The translations under genes were made by a program, and so were the position numbers. This document shows, one piece after another, positions 50,332-63,700 of a DNA stretch of 64,000 bases. Position 1 is the stretch's first letter. Each line of letters begins with the position of its first letter. The stretch comes from Camelus ferus (lineage: Eukaryota): positions 109,060,001 to 109,124,000 of the forward strand of contig NC_045697.1 in NCBI RefSeq assembly GCF_009834535.1, written 5' to 3'. The notes beneath the pieces were generated by a model, which was given only the letters and a program-made list of their open reading frames with translations, was not told the DNA's origin and did not search any database.

Positions 50332-52964
50332 AATAACATTTCTTTTTTATTTGATACATTTTCCAGCCCAAGCTGGACTTCACAAAACTCTCTTTCAATC
50401 TCCTTGAGCCTCTTGGTTTGAATTTGGCCTCATTGACCTGAGAGTTATGGTTCTGGGTCTTGTCTTCTTGGTGAGGTAGATAAGGTACATGATTGATACA
50501 GTAAAGGCAAACTCAATCATATCTAAGCCACGCAGGGGCTACAGTGTGACCCATTTCCACAACGAGTAGGAGGAGGGGTGGGAACCGTGTGAGTGACAGA
50601 GGGAAGCAAAGAGGAAGAGGGAAGAGATGGAGCGGAGGGAGGGCAGGGGAGAAGGGGACAGGGTATGAGTATCCTGACTGAGTAACTGAGGAAGGCAATT
50701 GCAGAACCCATGACACTTGAACCTCAGAGAAGCTACAGATACTGTAATGCCACATGCTTCAGCAGATATGCTCAGTCTAAAGATAGTCTCTGTCTGCTCC
50801 AAGCTATTCTTAGTCATTCTCCTTAAGTTTTGATGTATCTAGTCATTGTATCCCTCAAGCAAATCTTCTGAAACTAAATATATCTGGTGACATTCGGAGC
50901 CGAATAATGCCTGCAGGGGCCCCTCATCCAGAAGGGTCCCCATCTGTTCTTCCTTGGACTGAGCTGCTCCTGGATTTATGCCTCCTCCTTGACATTGCTC
51001 CTTAGTAGGTTTGCTTGGAAGTTTTATCATGTAAACTTCCCCAAGAATCTTATCACTGACTCAGTTTCGGATATTTTAGTTGGGTTGCAATGTCCTCCAC
51101 GTGTGAATTAAGCGGGCAAACAGAATGAATGTTGACATGGCTGCCAGAGGCAATGGCCATCGAAGCTGGGGTGGAGCATGGCCTCTTTGAGCCAAGAACA
51201 GTCTTTATGACCAGGCCCTTGAGCAGAAGTGGCATTGAAAGCCCGGTTTGTGGTCAAAAGCCTTAGTTACAGCTGAGCTGCAGAATGTGGAAACCAGCAA
51301 ACAAGCAGAACCCCTACGCCGTATGTCTCAAAGACAGTCCATTCAGTGTTAAAATAAGAAAGAATCAATCTGAATGCTCTGGAGAACAACCTCAGAGAAA
51401 CTTTTCACTAATTGAAGTTTGGATGAAAGGGCCAGAATCCCTCTGGAAATTTCCCAAAATTAATTAACTGCTTGGCTGAAACGAAAAAAATAGAAAGCTT
51501 AAGAAAGGGGATTCCACTTCCCTGTCTACTTATGGCTGGTAGGGTTCACTCGAGGGTGATTCAAAGGAAAATCTGGGGCCAGAAGAGTTGAGTCAGTAGA
51601 GCTGAGCCTGTGGTCGTGGTAAGCCAAATCTCTTCTGACCGATGTTAGCCCTCATTCAGGTTGCTCTCTGTTGTAGTCCGCTCTCTGCCAAAGAAGAGAT
51701 GCCTTGGTTTAACTTGCCACTGGTTCTTTCCTTGCCAGGAATCACTTCCATCAGGAAGCCTTCTTTGCCCACCTCTCCCAGCGCACCCATACCCAGCTTG
51801 GGTGACAGCCGTCCTCTGTATTCCTACCCATCCTGTGCCCACCTCTCCCACAGAACAACCCACTCTGGGCTGTGATTGGTGGTGCTGTTGTCAATCTTTG
51901 CCATTGGACCACAAGCTTCTATCACATGGTCGGGCATGTGGCTGTGCTCAATGTATTTTGAACTGAATTTTCATTAGAAACCTATTGAGATGTTTACATG
52001 GTTCATTTTGTTAAAACTGTAACTGGTTACAAGAAAAGTCCTGAAAGGTACAAATGGGTTGTGCAGGTGGGTGACTGTGTGTATTTTAATGGTGCCTAAC
52101 ACACTGTCCATCACCAGCTCGACACGTATCTGAGTACACTGGGACCGCTCAGCTGGGCAGGTGTTTCCTAACCAGGACGCCAAGCACAGAAATGAGGAGA
52201 AAGCTCTTCTTGTCTCGGTCTCCGTGCCTCTGGGCCACAAGTGGTTTGCACTAAGTTAGACTGGAACTATCTACTCCCTAAGGATTTCTCATTTGGGGTT
52301 TCCTTTTCCTGAATATCTCCACTCTGAGAATCTAGGGGCTATAAAAATAGAACACCATGGGGGATTTGAATTGCTATTAAGCAAGGAATCCTTGAAGAGC
52401 TTCTTGCAAATAATTGCTTTCTTTTAGAAAACCTACTAGGCGAGGGGTCTCGGCAGAGGTGAGGGGTTATGGGCATCTTGGGCTCCGTGGCCCCAGGCTG
52501 GGCAGGCCCACCCCACACAAGCAACAGCTGCCACTCTGTTTGGTCACCACCCTTCTTTTTTGATCATTTGAGTCCACTGGGGGAAAAAATAAAGTATGAC
52601 TCAGAGGAGGTCACTCTGTAAACATACCAGCAGCTAACACGTTATCTTTATCAGTTGGTGCTTGGCTAGGATGAGTTAATAACCTGGAAGATGGCTGCCC
52701 AGGGAGGGACAGGGTGACAGGTGGACACTACAGAGAAACCAGAAGTGCCAAAGATACACTGTGCCTGCTTTATGATTTTGTTCAGGGTCTCAACCTTCTA
52801 AGCTTTCAGTATATGTGTCCCAGGCTGCCAGCCTCTTACCTTTAGAGCTTATAAGGCAGGTCGGCTTCAATTCCCTGAGGATCCTTTCTCTTTGCAGAGA
52901 CAAGGAACTGATTATACAAACAAATAAACACACAAACAAACAAAACAAGCCAGGGCAAATACGG

Positions 52965-53221
52965 TCGGGTTGCCAAATAAAATACAGGATGCCCAGTGAA
53001 GTTTGAATTTCAGATAAACAAAAAATTATTTGTATTATTTTAATGTTGACTGGGACATATTTATACTTAAAAATTATTTGTTGTGATGTGAATATGCTAA
53101 ACACTACTAGACTAAACATTTAAACATGGTTAGGACGGTAAAAAATTAAGATATTATTTGATGTTATCTAGTTTAACTGGGTGTCTTGTGTCTTTTTTAT
53201 TTGCTAAATCTGGCAATTCTA
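52965..53221. mobile_element. MER53 palindromic hAT MITE with short L1 insertion
   Basis: gggttgccaaataaaatacaggatgcccag...ctgggtgtcttgtg..tttgctaaatctggcaattcta. Confidence 0.85.
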
Positions 53222-54409
53222 AAAAGAGGCAAAGAACTTCCCTTCACATTCCCACTCCACTCCAAGCCAGGGTCATACATGTAGTCAGGAAAATTCTTCC
53301 AAACTCAGCCATTCAGCTCCTGAGGTCAGCCACCCCGATGCAGGATGAGGCACAGACGTCAGGGATAGAGGACCAGGTTCGGGATCCACAGCCACACTGC
53401 TTCCTGGGAGTCCGCAGTCTCCGGGGAAGGGCCCGTCGGATGCTGCAGAGTGACCCCAGGTGTCACAGGCCCACTGTGGCTGCCCTCTAGGGAGGGAGGA
53501 GACCAAGTCCCAGGTAGCAAACCATCCTGCAAGACAGGCCCTGACAGAAGTCAGAAATCAATGGCCCAAATGTGCCTGTCGTCACTTCGCCAGGCTCTGA
53601 CGGGCACACCCAAGCCTGTAAGCTGCAGAACCATGCCCAGGTGCCCTCCCACTTTAAGCAGACTCAATCCCACATATTAAAATCTGGATTTGCCAAAGAT
53701 ACTGTAGTGAGTGATTATTTTATACTTGTCTACAGGACAGACCACAGGCTTTCTTTAATTAGTAAAACTCCCCTCATTTAAAACCATTTGGGAAAGAAAA
53801 AAATTAATCAAAACAGAGGAAAATTAATTGGCACTCCACCCTGAGGAAGGCCAGGGATGGCAAAAAAAAAAAACAAGTTATTCCTGCAGGAGGGACTGGC
53901 CCTGGTGGATGTCCTCCGGCAGCTGGACGCCTGGTGAGCACCAGGCAGGTTTAGCGCCGTGTGAAGAGTGTGTGCGCAGCAGCAAGCCGCTTTCCTGGGA
54001 GGTTCACAGAGCCAGTGTCATCATTTCATAGGCACCCTGCCAGTGTGTGAGGTCAGGCAGCTGTCTGCTTCCATTTGTGTGGTGCCCCCTGCTGTAGGTG
54101 GCAGAAGATGGGAAAGGGTGAAGATGAGGCAGAGAGTGGCAAGGTGCAGGGTGCAAAGTGCGCGGTGCTTGCTGTGGGTGGCGGCGGGGTCAGGAGAGCA
54201 GGAGTAACTTGCTCTGGCCAAGGGGTGCTTTGCTCAGATGGAGGGGAGCCCGAGGATGAGGACTGTGCCAGGACTGCTTGGAGAAACTGCCATTCAGCCA
54301 GCATCTGGTGATGGTGTGCCCCTTGCATAGCGCCAGGTTAGTGGGCAGTAGAAAAAACGATGAAGACAGTGTTAATGACAATAACAATCGACAAAATCCT
54401 ATCCTCCAG

Positions 54410-55021
54410 TGTCATGGGCTGAATTGTGTTCCCGCAGAAAAAGGTATGTTGAAATCCAACCTCCTAGTACCTCAGAATGTGACCTTATTTGGAAACAGGG
54501 CTCCTGCAGATGTCATCAAGATACGATGAAGTCAGGTGGAGAGGGGTGGACCCCTACTGCAATATGCCTGGTGTCCTTATACGGAAATGGACATGTGATG
54601 ACAGAGGCACACAGGAGCACCCATGTGATGGCAAAGACAGAGACTGGAGTGATGGAGCTGCAAGCCAAGGAATGTGGAAACAGTGCTGGGCAGCAAACTG
54701 CCAGAAGCTGGGGGAGAGGCCTGGAACAGAGGTTCCCTCTCAGCCCTCAGAAGGAACCACCTCTGCTGATACCTTCATTTTTGACTTCTAGCTTCCAGAA
54801 CTGTAAAAGATTGCATTTCTATTGTTGGTTTATTTTGGGGGGTGGGGGGGTAATTAAGTTTATTTATTTAATTTCTTTTTAATGGTGGAACTGGGGATTG
54901 AAACTCCTGCATGCTAAGCACACACTCTACCACTGAACTATACCCTCCCCTCCCCCAGTTTCTATTGTTTTAAGCCACTCAGTTTGTGGTGCTGTGACGG
55001 CAGCCCTTGGAAGCTAACACA
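54410..55021 (+). mobile_element. MaLR solo LTR (MLT1B/C-like) interrupted by SINE
   Basis: tgtcatgggctgaattgtgttccc..gtacctcagaatgtgaccttatttggaaa..aagccactcagtttgtgg..ctaacaca. Confidence 0.85.
54827..54956 (-). mobile_element. vic-1-like SINE
   Basis: Antisense tRNA-Ala body; exact TSD tttctattgtt 54816-54826 / 54959-54969. Confidence 0.9.
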
Positions 55022-55176
55022 CACTGCGATTACCATTGAATTATTACCATGTGGCAGGCATCCTATGGGTGATTTACACAGTTATATCACTTATTTTTCA
55101 TGACAGCCCTGTGAAAAAGGACACATCACAACTGAGGAAATGGAAGCCTGGGGAGGCCTGAGGTCAAATGTGGGGG

Positions 55177-55305
55177 TTTTTTGTTTTGTTTTGGGGGAGG
55201 TAATTGGGTTTATTTATTTATGTTAATGGCGGGTATTGAGAATTGAGCCCAGGACCTCATGTATGCTAAGCATACACTCTATCCATGAGCTATATCCTCC
55301 CCCCC
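55177..55305 (-). mobile_element. vic-1-like SINE
   Basis: ggaggtaattggg..cccaggacctcatgtatgctaagc..gagctatatcctcccc. Confidence 0.85.
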
Positions 55306-58300
55306 TCGAATTACCTTAGGTAGAAACTGAGACAACAGAGAAGTGCTTTGGGGTGAGAAACCTTTAAATCACACCTAAAGCAATAACTTAACTTCATCCA
55401 GAGTTTAGGTCAGCCCTACTCAGCACTCAGAGGGAAAGAAGTTTGAACTAGTAAGTCATTGTGTGAGTCAGGATAGGCTAAGTTGTGCTGCAGTAACAAA
55501 CGAGCCTTGAAATCTAGTCTCATTTGAATGGATGAATGAATCGACCACATTCATTTACTAGGTAAGTAATAAGTAAGTGGAGTGGCAAATCTAGATAGCA
55601 ACTAAAAGGAGAGGCAATGAGAGCTGCTGCAGTCACTTCAGCTCAGGAAGGATTTAGATTCATGCCTTTTTGAATAGTAAAATTGCTAAGAGAACAAAAC
55701 TAATCTTCATAATCAGAGAGGAAGTTTCTCAGTGGGAATTGGCTGCAATGTTAGAGGCTAAGCTTTGGCTAAGTTTATCACAGATTAAATGTGGGATAAA
55801 TAGGATGCCCATTTAATACTTTTGGTTTATATTGTTTATTTCTGAAATATTCAAAAAAATTCAAGTAAATGTTATATCTTGACAGTCTTTATCCAACATG
55901 TAGTAGATGCTTACTTAATGTCTGCTGAATGACTAAATGATATGAACAGTAGGTGTTCTTACTATGAAATAAAATACAGGTTTCTTCTTCACACAAGAAA
56001 CAGGCCAGAAAAACATGCCCTGGGATGCTTTTCTCCTGAGCAGTCTGGGTTTTCACGGGCCAGTAAAATCGAAAGAAAAAAATGGACAAGTTGGCCAGTA
56101 AGGATGTTCACAACAATGATCGCCTACTGGCACCATCAATAAAGTGAATCAAAACATAAGGCTGGACCCTGAATTAGAATAAGAGCAACCTTTAAGTGGG
56201 ATACATTTAGGTTTTTGAAAAGCTCACTGCATCATCCTTAGGTTTCCTCATTTGCTCAAAGCAAATGCATTCATCGGCACTGAGCTGAACCACCTGCCTT
56301 CCCTCCAGAAGTCTCTAGACAGAACCCGGGGCAGTGGGGCCGGGCGGCAGCTGGGAACACTGGCTGTGGGTTTCTGGAGGACAGAGGGTTGGGGACACTC
56401 ACCAGGACAATGCCCCTCCCGGTTCCTGGCTGTCGCCTGCCTGGCCACGACCCTCCCTCACGGAGCAGGGTTGGGAGGGGAGGAGGAATTAGCCCTCTCG
56501 TGGGACAGCACCCAGGGCCCCGGCCCCTGGACTCCTGCCCTCCTGCCCTTGTCTCCCCGAGCAAATGGTTCTCACGGGGATTAGCCGGCAGCCGGTCTGC
56601 CGTGGTCTCAGCGCCCAGCCTGCGTTTCCTCGCCTCCTCTCTGCGCCACCTGGGAGCGCTGCCTGCCCTGCAGCTGCCTGACTGCCTCCTCGCCCACCTG
56701 GCCCTGCCGCTCCCTGTGGAACTTTCTGGCAACAGAGGGGTGACAGAAAGCAGAAGCCCAGCGCCCAGGGCTGGGGGTTGGGGGCTGGGCCTGGTCGCTG
56801 GGCTCCGCCCCTTCCCTCTCAGTCTGTCCCCGTTCCAGGTCATTGCTGAACCCTCTGCCTCCGGCCTCCCGGGCGGCGGTGGGAAGGGGTGCTTCCTGCC
56901 AACCAGACACATAGGCTCCAGGGAAGGAGCCGTCTCCCGGGCTGGGAGATGTGCCCATTAGTACTGATCATAAGAAAGAAATGCAAAGATGAGTCCAATG
57001 GAGGTTTGTAAGATTTTTTGCTTTTATTTGAACACAAGAGATGACATTCTAAGGGTCCTGGGAGGCAGCAAGCTCGTACTTTTTAATTGCTTGGATGACA
57101 TGGCCATTTGGGCAGCCAGGAGGTCAGGTAAATGTAACGATTAATACATCCTTATTGCTCTACAGGGCGGCAAAATAGGGAACGGGATCTAGTGCCGTGG
57201 TTTTCTCCTTTTAATTGGGCTCTTGTTTAGGTCCATGTGTGTGTTTTCCCAAGTTTAAACTTTCAGCGTTATGTAACCACTCCCCTTGGCTTCTAGTCAA
57301 ACTTCCAGATTAGCTGGAGGTGCCCTGAAGCCTGGGGAGCTGGCGTGGGGTGATGCACGTGACCCTGTCGGGCTTCCTGGTCAACCCTCCCCGAGAAAGG
57401 TGCCTGCTTGCAGGTCAGGGAAGAAAGTTGCTTGTAGATGGGTCCTAGTGCCCGTTTTTGAGGCTTTCGGGCCAATACTCTGAGCATCTCCAGTTCTTCA
57501 AACTGTAACCATTAAGGGTGGAAATCCCACCACACTTTGCGCCTTGAAAACAACGTCGGTCACATTGAAACGTCTACACAAGCAGGAGCCACTTGAGAGG
57601 ACGTCAACATTTCCAGCGACTGCAGTGCTTATTTCAGTGGTGTCCTCAGCCCTGCATCGGAAACGGTGTGGTTCTTGGAAGCAGTGTCTCGTGGCACCCA
57701 AATCCTGTTTCTTTTCTTTGCTTCAGTTACCATCGTAGCTGCTAATTAAAAGGAAAATGATGACTGTTTCTGTAGGATTAGCAAGCGTGGTGGAAAAGAG
57801 ATCATAGGTAGGACCGAACATTTCAAACTTCCCTTGGTAGAACGCCTTCTCTGTCGTCGATAGAATGTTGTATCTGCCTTAAAACCCAAAGCTTCCTGGC
57901 CCCTTTGGGCCTCCAGAGTTTGCAATGCGGATGAATGGCTGTGAGCTCTTAGATCCCTAGTGAAAGGCCTATAGAAATGCAAATCACCCAGCCATCCCCA
58001 AACTCCTCCAAACACAGAAAAAAACAAGTTGGGGCTTTCGGGATCCCCAGGCACTGTTTCCTGCTTCAGAGGAGCGGGAGGAGAAGGCACAGCTGCCAGC
58101 TGCTGGCAGGAGGCAAGCATCTCAGTACACGGAAAGCACCTTGACCTTTGTGAAGTGCGTGGTGCAGAGAAGGCCTTCTGGGCACAGTGGCGGTGCCCCT
58201 CACTGCATGCTGACCCCAGACAGCCGCTCCCAGCCTTTAGTTATCGATCTGATTTGCTGTTTTAAGGAGAGGTTAGTAGGACAAGTGGGGAACGAACGTG

Positions 58301-58530
58301 GCAAGCAGCACAAGAATGTGGAAGTGGTGCCTGTGGCTAAAACAGACCAGGCTATGGCCCCTTGACCTTTTATTTTTCAAAAGAGAATAACACTGTTTTT
58401 TCCTTCTCATACAAAGAGTGTATTATTCATTGAACAAATTCAAACATTAATAAAAGTATTCAAAAGAAAGCTGAACTCTATTACCTTGAGATAATGACTA
58501 TTAAAATTTGGTGACCATTTTTCCAGATAG

Positions 58531-58533
<3 letters not shown>

Positions 58534-58580
<47 letters not shown>
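58534..58580. repeat. (TG)23 microsatellite
   Basis: Direct observation. Confidence 0.95.
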
Positions 58581-58583
<3 letters not shown>

Positions 58584-58700
58584 CACGCACGCATACTAGA
58601 AATAAATATCATCAGGGGGATGATGTTATGCTTGGTTCTAGGTAACTGCCTTTTTAACTCATCAACAATAAATATAATCATTTCTCATGACTACTTGGTA

Positions 58701-59653
58701 GACTTGTCCCTCAATATCCAAGTGGAATTGGTTCCAAGACACCCCCATCCCCAAGATACCAAAATCCCCAGATGCTCAAGACGTTTCCGTAAAATGATGC
58801 TGTTTTTGCATTAAGCACATCCTCCCATATACTTTATTTATTTACTTTTTAAGTGAAAGATTTATCCATGGAGAGACTCACTTCACAGACAGAGTGCGGG
58901 CCGTCTCGGGGGTGAGAGGCCCCAGGGTATGGGGTGGTCAGTTTTTACAGGCTGAGTAATTTCATGGGCTAACAAGTGGGAAGATTAGTTCAACATTTTT
59001 GGGGATGGGGAGATGACTTCCTGGGACTGGGCCACTGCCCACCTGTTGGCCTTTTATGGTCAGCCTCAAAACTGTCATGGCGCCTGTAGGAGTGCCACTT
59101 AATATGCTAACATATTACAGTGAGTGTATAATGAGACTCAAGGTCTATTGGAAGTTGAACCTTCTGCCCTCTTGGGCCTAGTAGGTTCCAACCAATTTTT
59201 GTTGTATCCTCAATGGCTGTGTCATTCTATTAATGGCTGTCCTCTGCTCCCTTCCCTCCTGTCTCATTCTCCCCTCAGAGATTTCATGCCCATAATCTTA
59301 TGGGAAGCAGAAGAGTGATGGTCTGTCTTCTGGAGCTGCTTTAGGGCTGAGTAAGGGCATCAACCTGCCTGTCAGGAAATAAAGTCTCTGGATGCCTGAT
59401 CTAGGGGTCCCAGGGGCAAGACAGCTTCTTGTTTTAAGTCAAGGAGGATATCCTCCTATATACTTTAAATCATCTCTAGATGTCTAATAATACTTGATAC
59501 AATGTAAATGCTATGTAAATAGTTGCTGGCCTGCAGCAAATTCAAATTTTGCTTTCTGGAACTTTCTGAAGAACTTTTTTTTCCCCGAGTATTTTTGATC
59601 CCAGTTTGGTCAAACCCACAAATGTGGAGGCCACCAATACAGAGGGCTGACTG
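58701..59653 (+). mobile_element. MER2-like Tigger MITE split by an ERV-derived insert
   Basis: ta|gacttgtccctcaatatcc..ttggttcca..gataccaaaatcc; end gagggctgactg|ta. Confidence 0.85.
58837..59449 (-). mobile_element. ERV1-type (MER41/LTR39-like) internal 3' end + PPT + U3-R, A-tailed
   Basis: Minus strand GAGGGGAGAA (PPT) then TGAGACAGG (LTR start at 59266); ends ATAAATCTTTCACTT + A-rich tail; 18-bp TSD. Confidence 0.7.
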
Positions 59654-60042
59654 TATTGCTTGTATGTAAGTATCATAATTTATTAGCCAACTACAGTTTT
59701 ATATACATTTAATTTTTTTCCAGTATTTCACTCTTATAAATTACACTGCAATGGACATCTTTAGAATATTTGGCTGATTATTTACTTAAAGGTAAATTTA
59801 TAGAAATTAAGCTGCTGGATCAAAGGGAAAGTTTATTTTAAATTTTGATACAGATTATTATTCTGCCCTGCAATTTATCATCTCATCAGAGTGCATTTCC
59901 TCATGTGCTTACTAATGCCAGGTTCTCAGATTCTTTTTAAACTTTGCCAACCTGATGAACCCATATACATATATATGTTTTAAGTTGCATTTCTTCGCTA
60001 ACTTCTGATATTGAACACATTTTTGTGTTTACTGGCCACTTT

Positions 60043-60105
60043 CTTCCTCTTCCTCCTCCTCCTCCTCTACCTCCTCCTCCTCCTCCTCCTTCTTCCTCTT
60101 CTTCT
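60043..60105. repeat. (CCT)n/(CTT)n pyrimidine repeat
   Basis: Direct observation. Confidence 0.9.
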
Positions 60106-60759
60106 TTTTATGAATTAGCTCCCCATGTCCCTTGTTCATTTTCTAAAAGGGTGTTATTACTTTTCTTTTCCAATTGTAAAAGCTCTTTATGTCTTAGAAA
60201 TATAATTTCTTTGCTGTCACAATTTTTAGAATATATAATTTGTCTTTTTGTTTTGGTAGTTATAGAAGCTGTTTATTTTTACTGAGGTCAAATTTACTAG
60301 TATTTTGGAGGACTGTGATTTAAAATGTTACAACCATGACATGATTAGCGTTATAGTATATGTATGGTTCCTAATAAAAATGTGAATCTTCACTCCACCA
60401 GAATTCCTTTTTCTGTGGAAAGCATTTAGTAGGATCTAGCTCCTTGACATCCAGGTAAGTTGCCAGCTGCCTCAGTATCATTTCTGGATAATTCATTTTT
60501 CCTCTTTTGATTTGAAATGCCTCCTTGATCACCTGTTAAATTTTCATTTACTACATGGGGCTGTTTTTAGATTTTATTTTCTTCCATTGATTGGATTGTC
60601 TATTTCTGTGCCAGTGACCACACTCTTTTAATAGTTTTATAATATATTTTGATATTAGGTAGGTATTCATTTATTATCCATCCTCCCCTGCCCCCAAATC
60701 CTTAACTATTCTTATATGTTCAACTTTGACTTCTTTTCAAGGTAATTTTTGTTATTAAT

Positions 60760-63700
60760 TTGATTGGAGCTTGTAGATAAGTACACAAGTCAAAGTATAT
60801 CACTTGTTGATTCTCAAGCATGAAAACATTCATGTGCTTACTACCCAGATCAGGAAACAGCACCCCCAGAACCCCCAAAACTCCCCTCAGGATTCCCAGT
60901 CACTAGTCCCTCACCAAAGGTAACTACTGTACTGATGTCAATCTCCACATTCATTTTACTTTTGTTTATTTAAAAAATTTTAAATACACATAAAATTGAC
61001 CATATTAGTCCTTTTTAAGTGTACAGGTCACTAATGCTATGTACATTCATGTGATTGTGCAACCAGTCTTCAGAATTCTTTTTATCTTGCAAAATTAAAA
61101 CTCTATACCTGTTAAAAAAATAACTCTCTGTGTCCTGCCCCCCACAGTCCCTGGCAACCAGCCTTTTTATTTCCTGTCTCTACAAATTTGATTACTCTAG
61201 GTACCTCAGATAAGTGGAATCATGCAGTATTAGTATTTTTGTGACTGGCTTATTTCACTTTGCAAAATGTCTTCAAGATTCATCCATGTTGTAGCATATG
61301 TCAGCATTTCCTTCCTTTATACTGCTGAATACTATTCCATTCTAGGTACATACCACACTTTGTCTATTCATTCTTCTGTCAATGAACACTTGGGTTGCCT
61401 CCACCTTTTGGCTATTGTAAATAATGCTGCTATGAACATGGGTATAGAAATATTTCTTTGGCACCCTGCTTTAAATTATTTGGGGTATATTCCAAGAAGT
61501 GGGATTGCTACATCATATAGTAATTCTATTTTTAACTTTTTGAACTTCCATATCATTTTCCATAGTAGCTACATCATTTTTCATTTCTACTCACAGTGCA
61601 CAAAAGGTCGAAATTTCATCACACCCTCTCCAACATTTTTTTTAATATTGTAGTCACCTTGATAGGTGCGAGGTGATTGCCTTTGTTTTTGAACTTTATA
61701 TAAATTGAACCATTCAGTATGTGTTACTTTGTGTCTGACTTCTTGTTTTTGTTATTTTTGTGAGTATCATCCATGTTATTGCATACAGCAATATTTAATT
61801 TTCAATAGTTTATAACACCCCACTAGGTAACTTTATCGTAATATATTTATCCACTTTAATGCTGAAGGACTTTGAGTTGTTTCTAATTTTTGATTATTAT
61901 GACTACTACTACTATGAACATTTTTAATATCTTTCTGTGTACACATGTATGCATGGCTGTGAATATATTCCCAGGAGTGGAATTGCTGGGTCATTATGTA
62001 TTCATATATTCAGCTTTAGTAAGTTCTGCCAGTTTCCAAAGTGGCTGAAGCAATTTGCACACCCACTAACAGTATATCCCTAGTTGCTCCACATCCTCAC
62101 TAACACTAATTTTACTATTAGCCATTCTGGTGGGTAAAGAGTGGCATCTAATTAGGGTTTAAATTTGCATTTCCTTGCTGAGGAATGAGGTTGACCACCT
62201 TTTAAGATGCGCCTTAGCCCTTTGGATATTCTCTTGTGATGTGCATGCTAAATCCTTTGCTCGCTTTTCTGCAGTATTTTTTTTTTCCTGTCCTTTACTT
62301 AGTAACTTAAAGGACCTCTTCATTCATTCTGAATAAGCCCTTTGTTAGAAATATATATTGCATTTCCCTTTTTTCAGTCTGTGGCTTGCCTTTTCACTCC
62401 TTCAAATGGTATCTTTTGATGAACAAAAGTTCTTTATTTTCATGTAGACTAATTAATCTATGGCTACTGACTTTCATGTCCTGTTTAAGAAATTTTAGCA
62501 TATCTAGATAATACAAGAAAAATTCTCCTATGTTATCTTCTCAAAGTATATTTCTTTTACTTTTCACATTTAGATCTACAGTCAAGCTGGGTTTTGTTTT
62601 GTTGTTTTCTTCATCATGTGAGGTAGAGATTAAGATGAGGCTTTCTCCATATGGATTTCCACTGACCCAGAATCACTTACTAAGAAGACTGTCCTTTCCC
62701 CCACTGTACTACAATATCATCTTTGTTATAAATCAAGTGTCGGTTTGTTTCTGGTTTCTCTGTTCTGTTCCATTGATCTAGTTTTTTTCTCATGCCAATA
62801 CCACACTGTCTTAATTACTTAGCACTATATCTTGTGATATCTAGTGTATTTCAGCTTTCTTCTTCTTCAAGATTGTCCTGGCTATTCTTGGCCCTTGGCC
62901 CTTTGTATTTCCATATATAAAATTCTTTTCCATATATTTAAATTCTTGTCAAGTTCCATGTTTTTAAAAAACTGCCAGGATATTTTTAAGGTTTACATTG
63001 AATCTATGAATTTGGGGGAAATTGGTATCTTTACAATATTATATGCTCCAATTCACAAACATGATATATTCCTCCATTTTTCAGACTTTCTTTACTGTCT
63101 CTAAATAATGTTTATAGTTTCTGTATAGACATCTTGCACATCTTTTGTTAGAATTATTTCTAATATTTGTTTTTTTTATGCTGTTGTAAATAATACTGAG
63201 TTTTGAATTTAATTTTCTAATTATTTGTTGTGGATATTTAGAAATACAGTTGATTTTTATGTATTAACCTGTTTCCAGTATACCTGCTGAATTTAATTAT
63301 TAATTCTAAAAACTTATCCATAGATTGAGCTGGATAGATCCTTAATTTTATAAATCTTCTTTACACTTCAAATATTGTCTTCTAAGCTATTCATTTTAAG
63401 ACTATATGTTGTCCTCTAAGAGTGACTTTAGCTGCATCCCACATGTTTCAGTATGTAATATTTTTATTATATTCAGTTAAAATATTTTCCAATTCCATTG
63501 AGATTGCCTCTTTGAACCATGGGTTATTTAGTAGTACATTACTACTAATATCTTAATATTGTGGAATTGTCTATTTATTTTCTGTTATTGATTTCTTGCT
63601 TAATTCCATTTTAGTCATAGACATAATCTGTATGATTTCAATCCTTTGAGGTTATTGAATTTGTTGCATCGCCTAGCATTAGGTCAGTTTTGGTAAAAGA

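Noticed and set aside
50700..51240. Possible processed pseudogene in consecutive short minus-strand ORFs
   Set aside because: No recognisable protein, TSD or poly(A); a BLASTX would be needed
56271..56961. Overlapping 213-aa and 190-aa ORFs on opposite strands
   Set aside because: Low-complexity GC-rich region, no homology recognised
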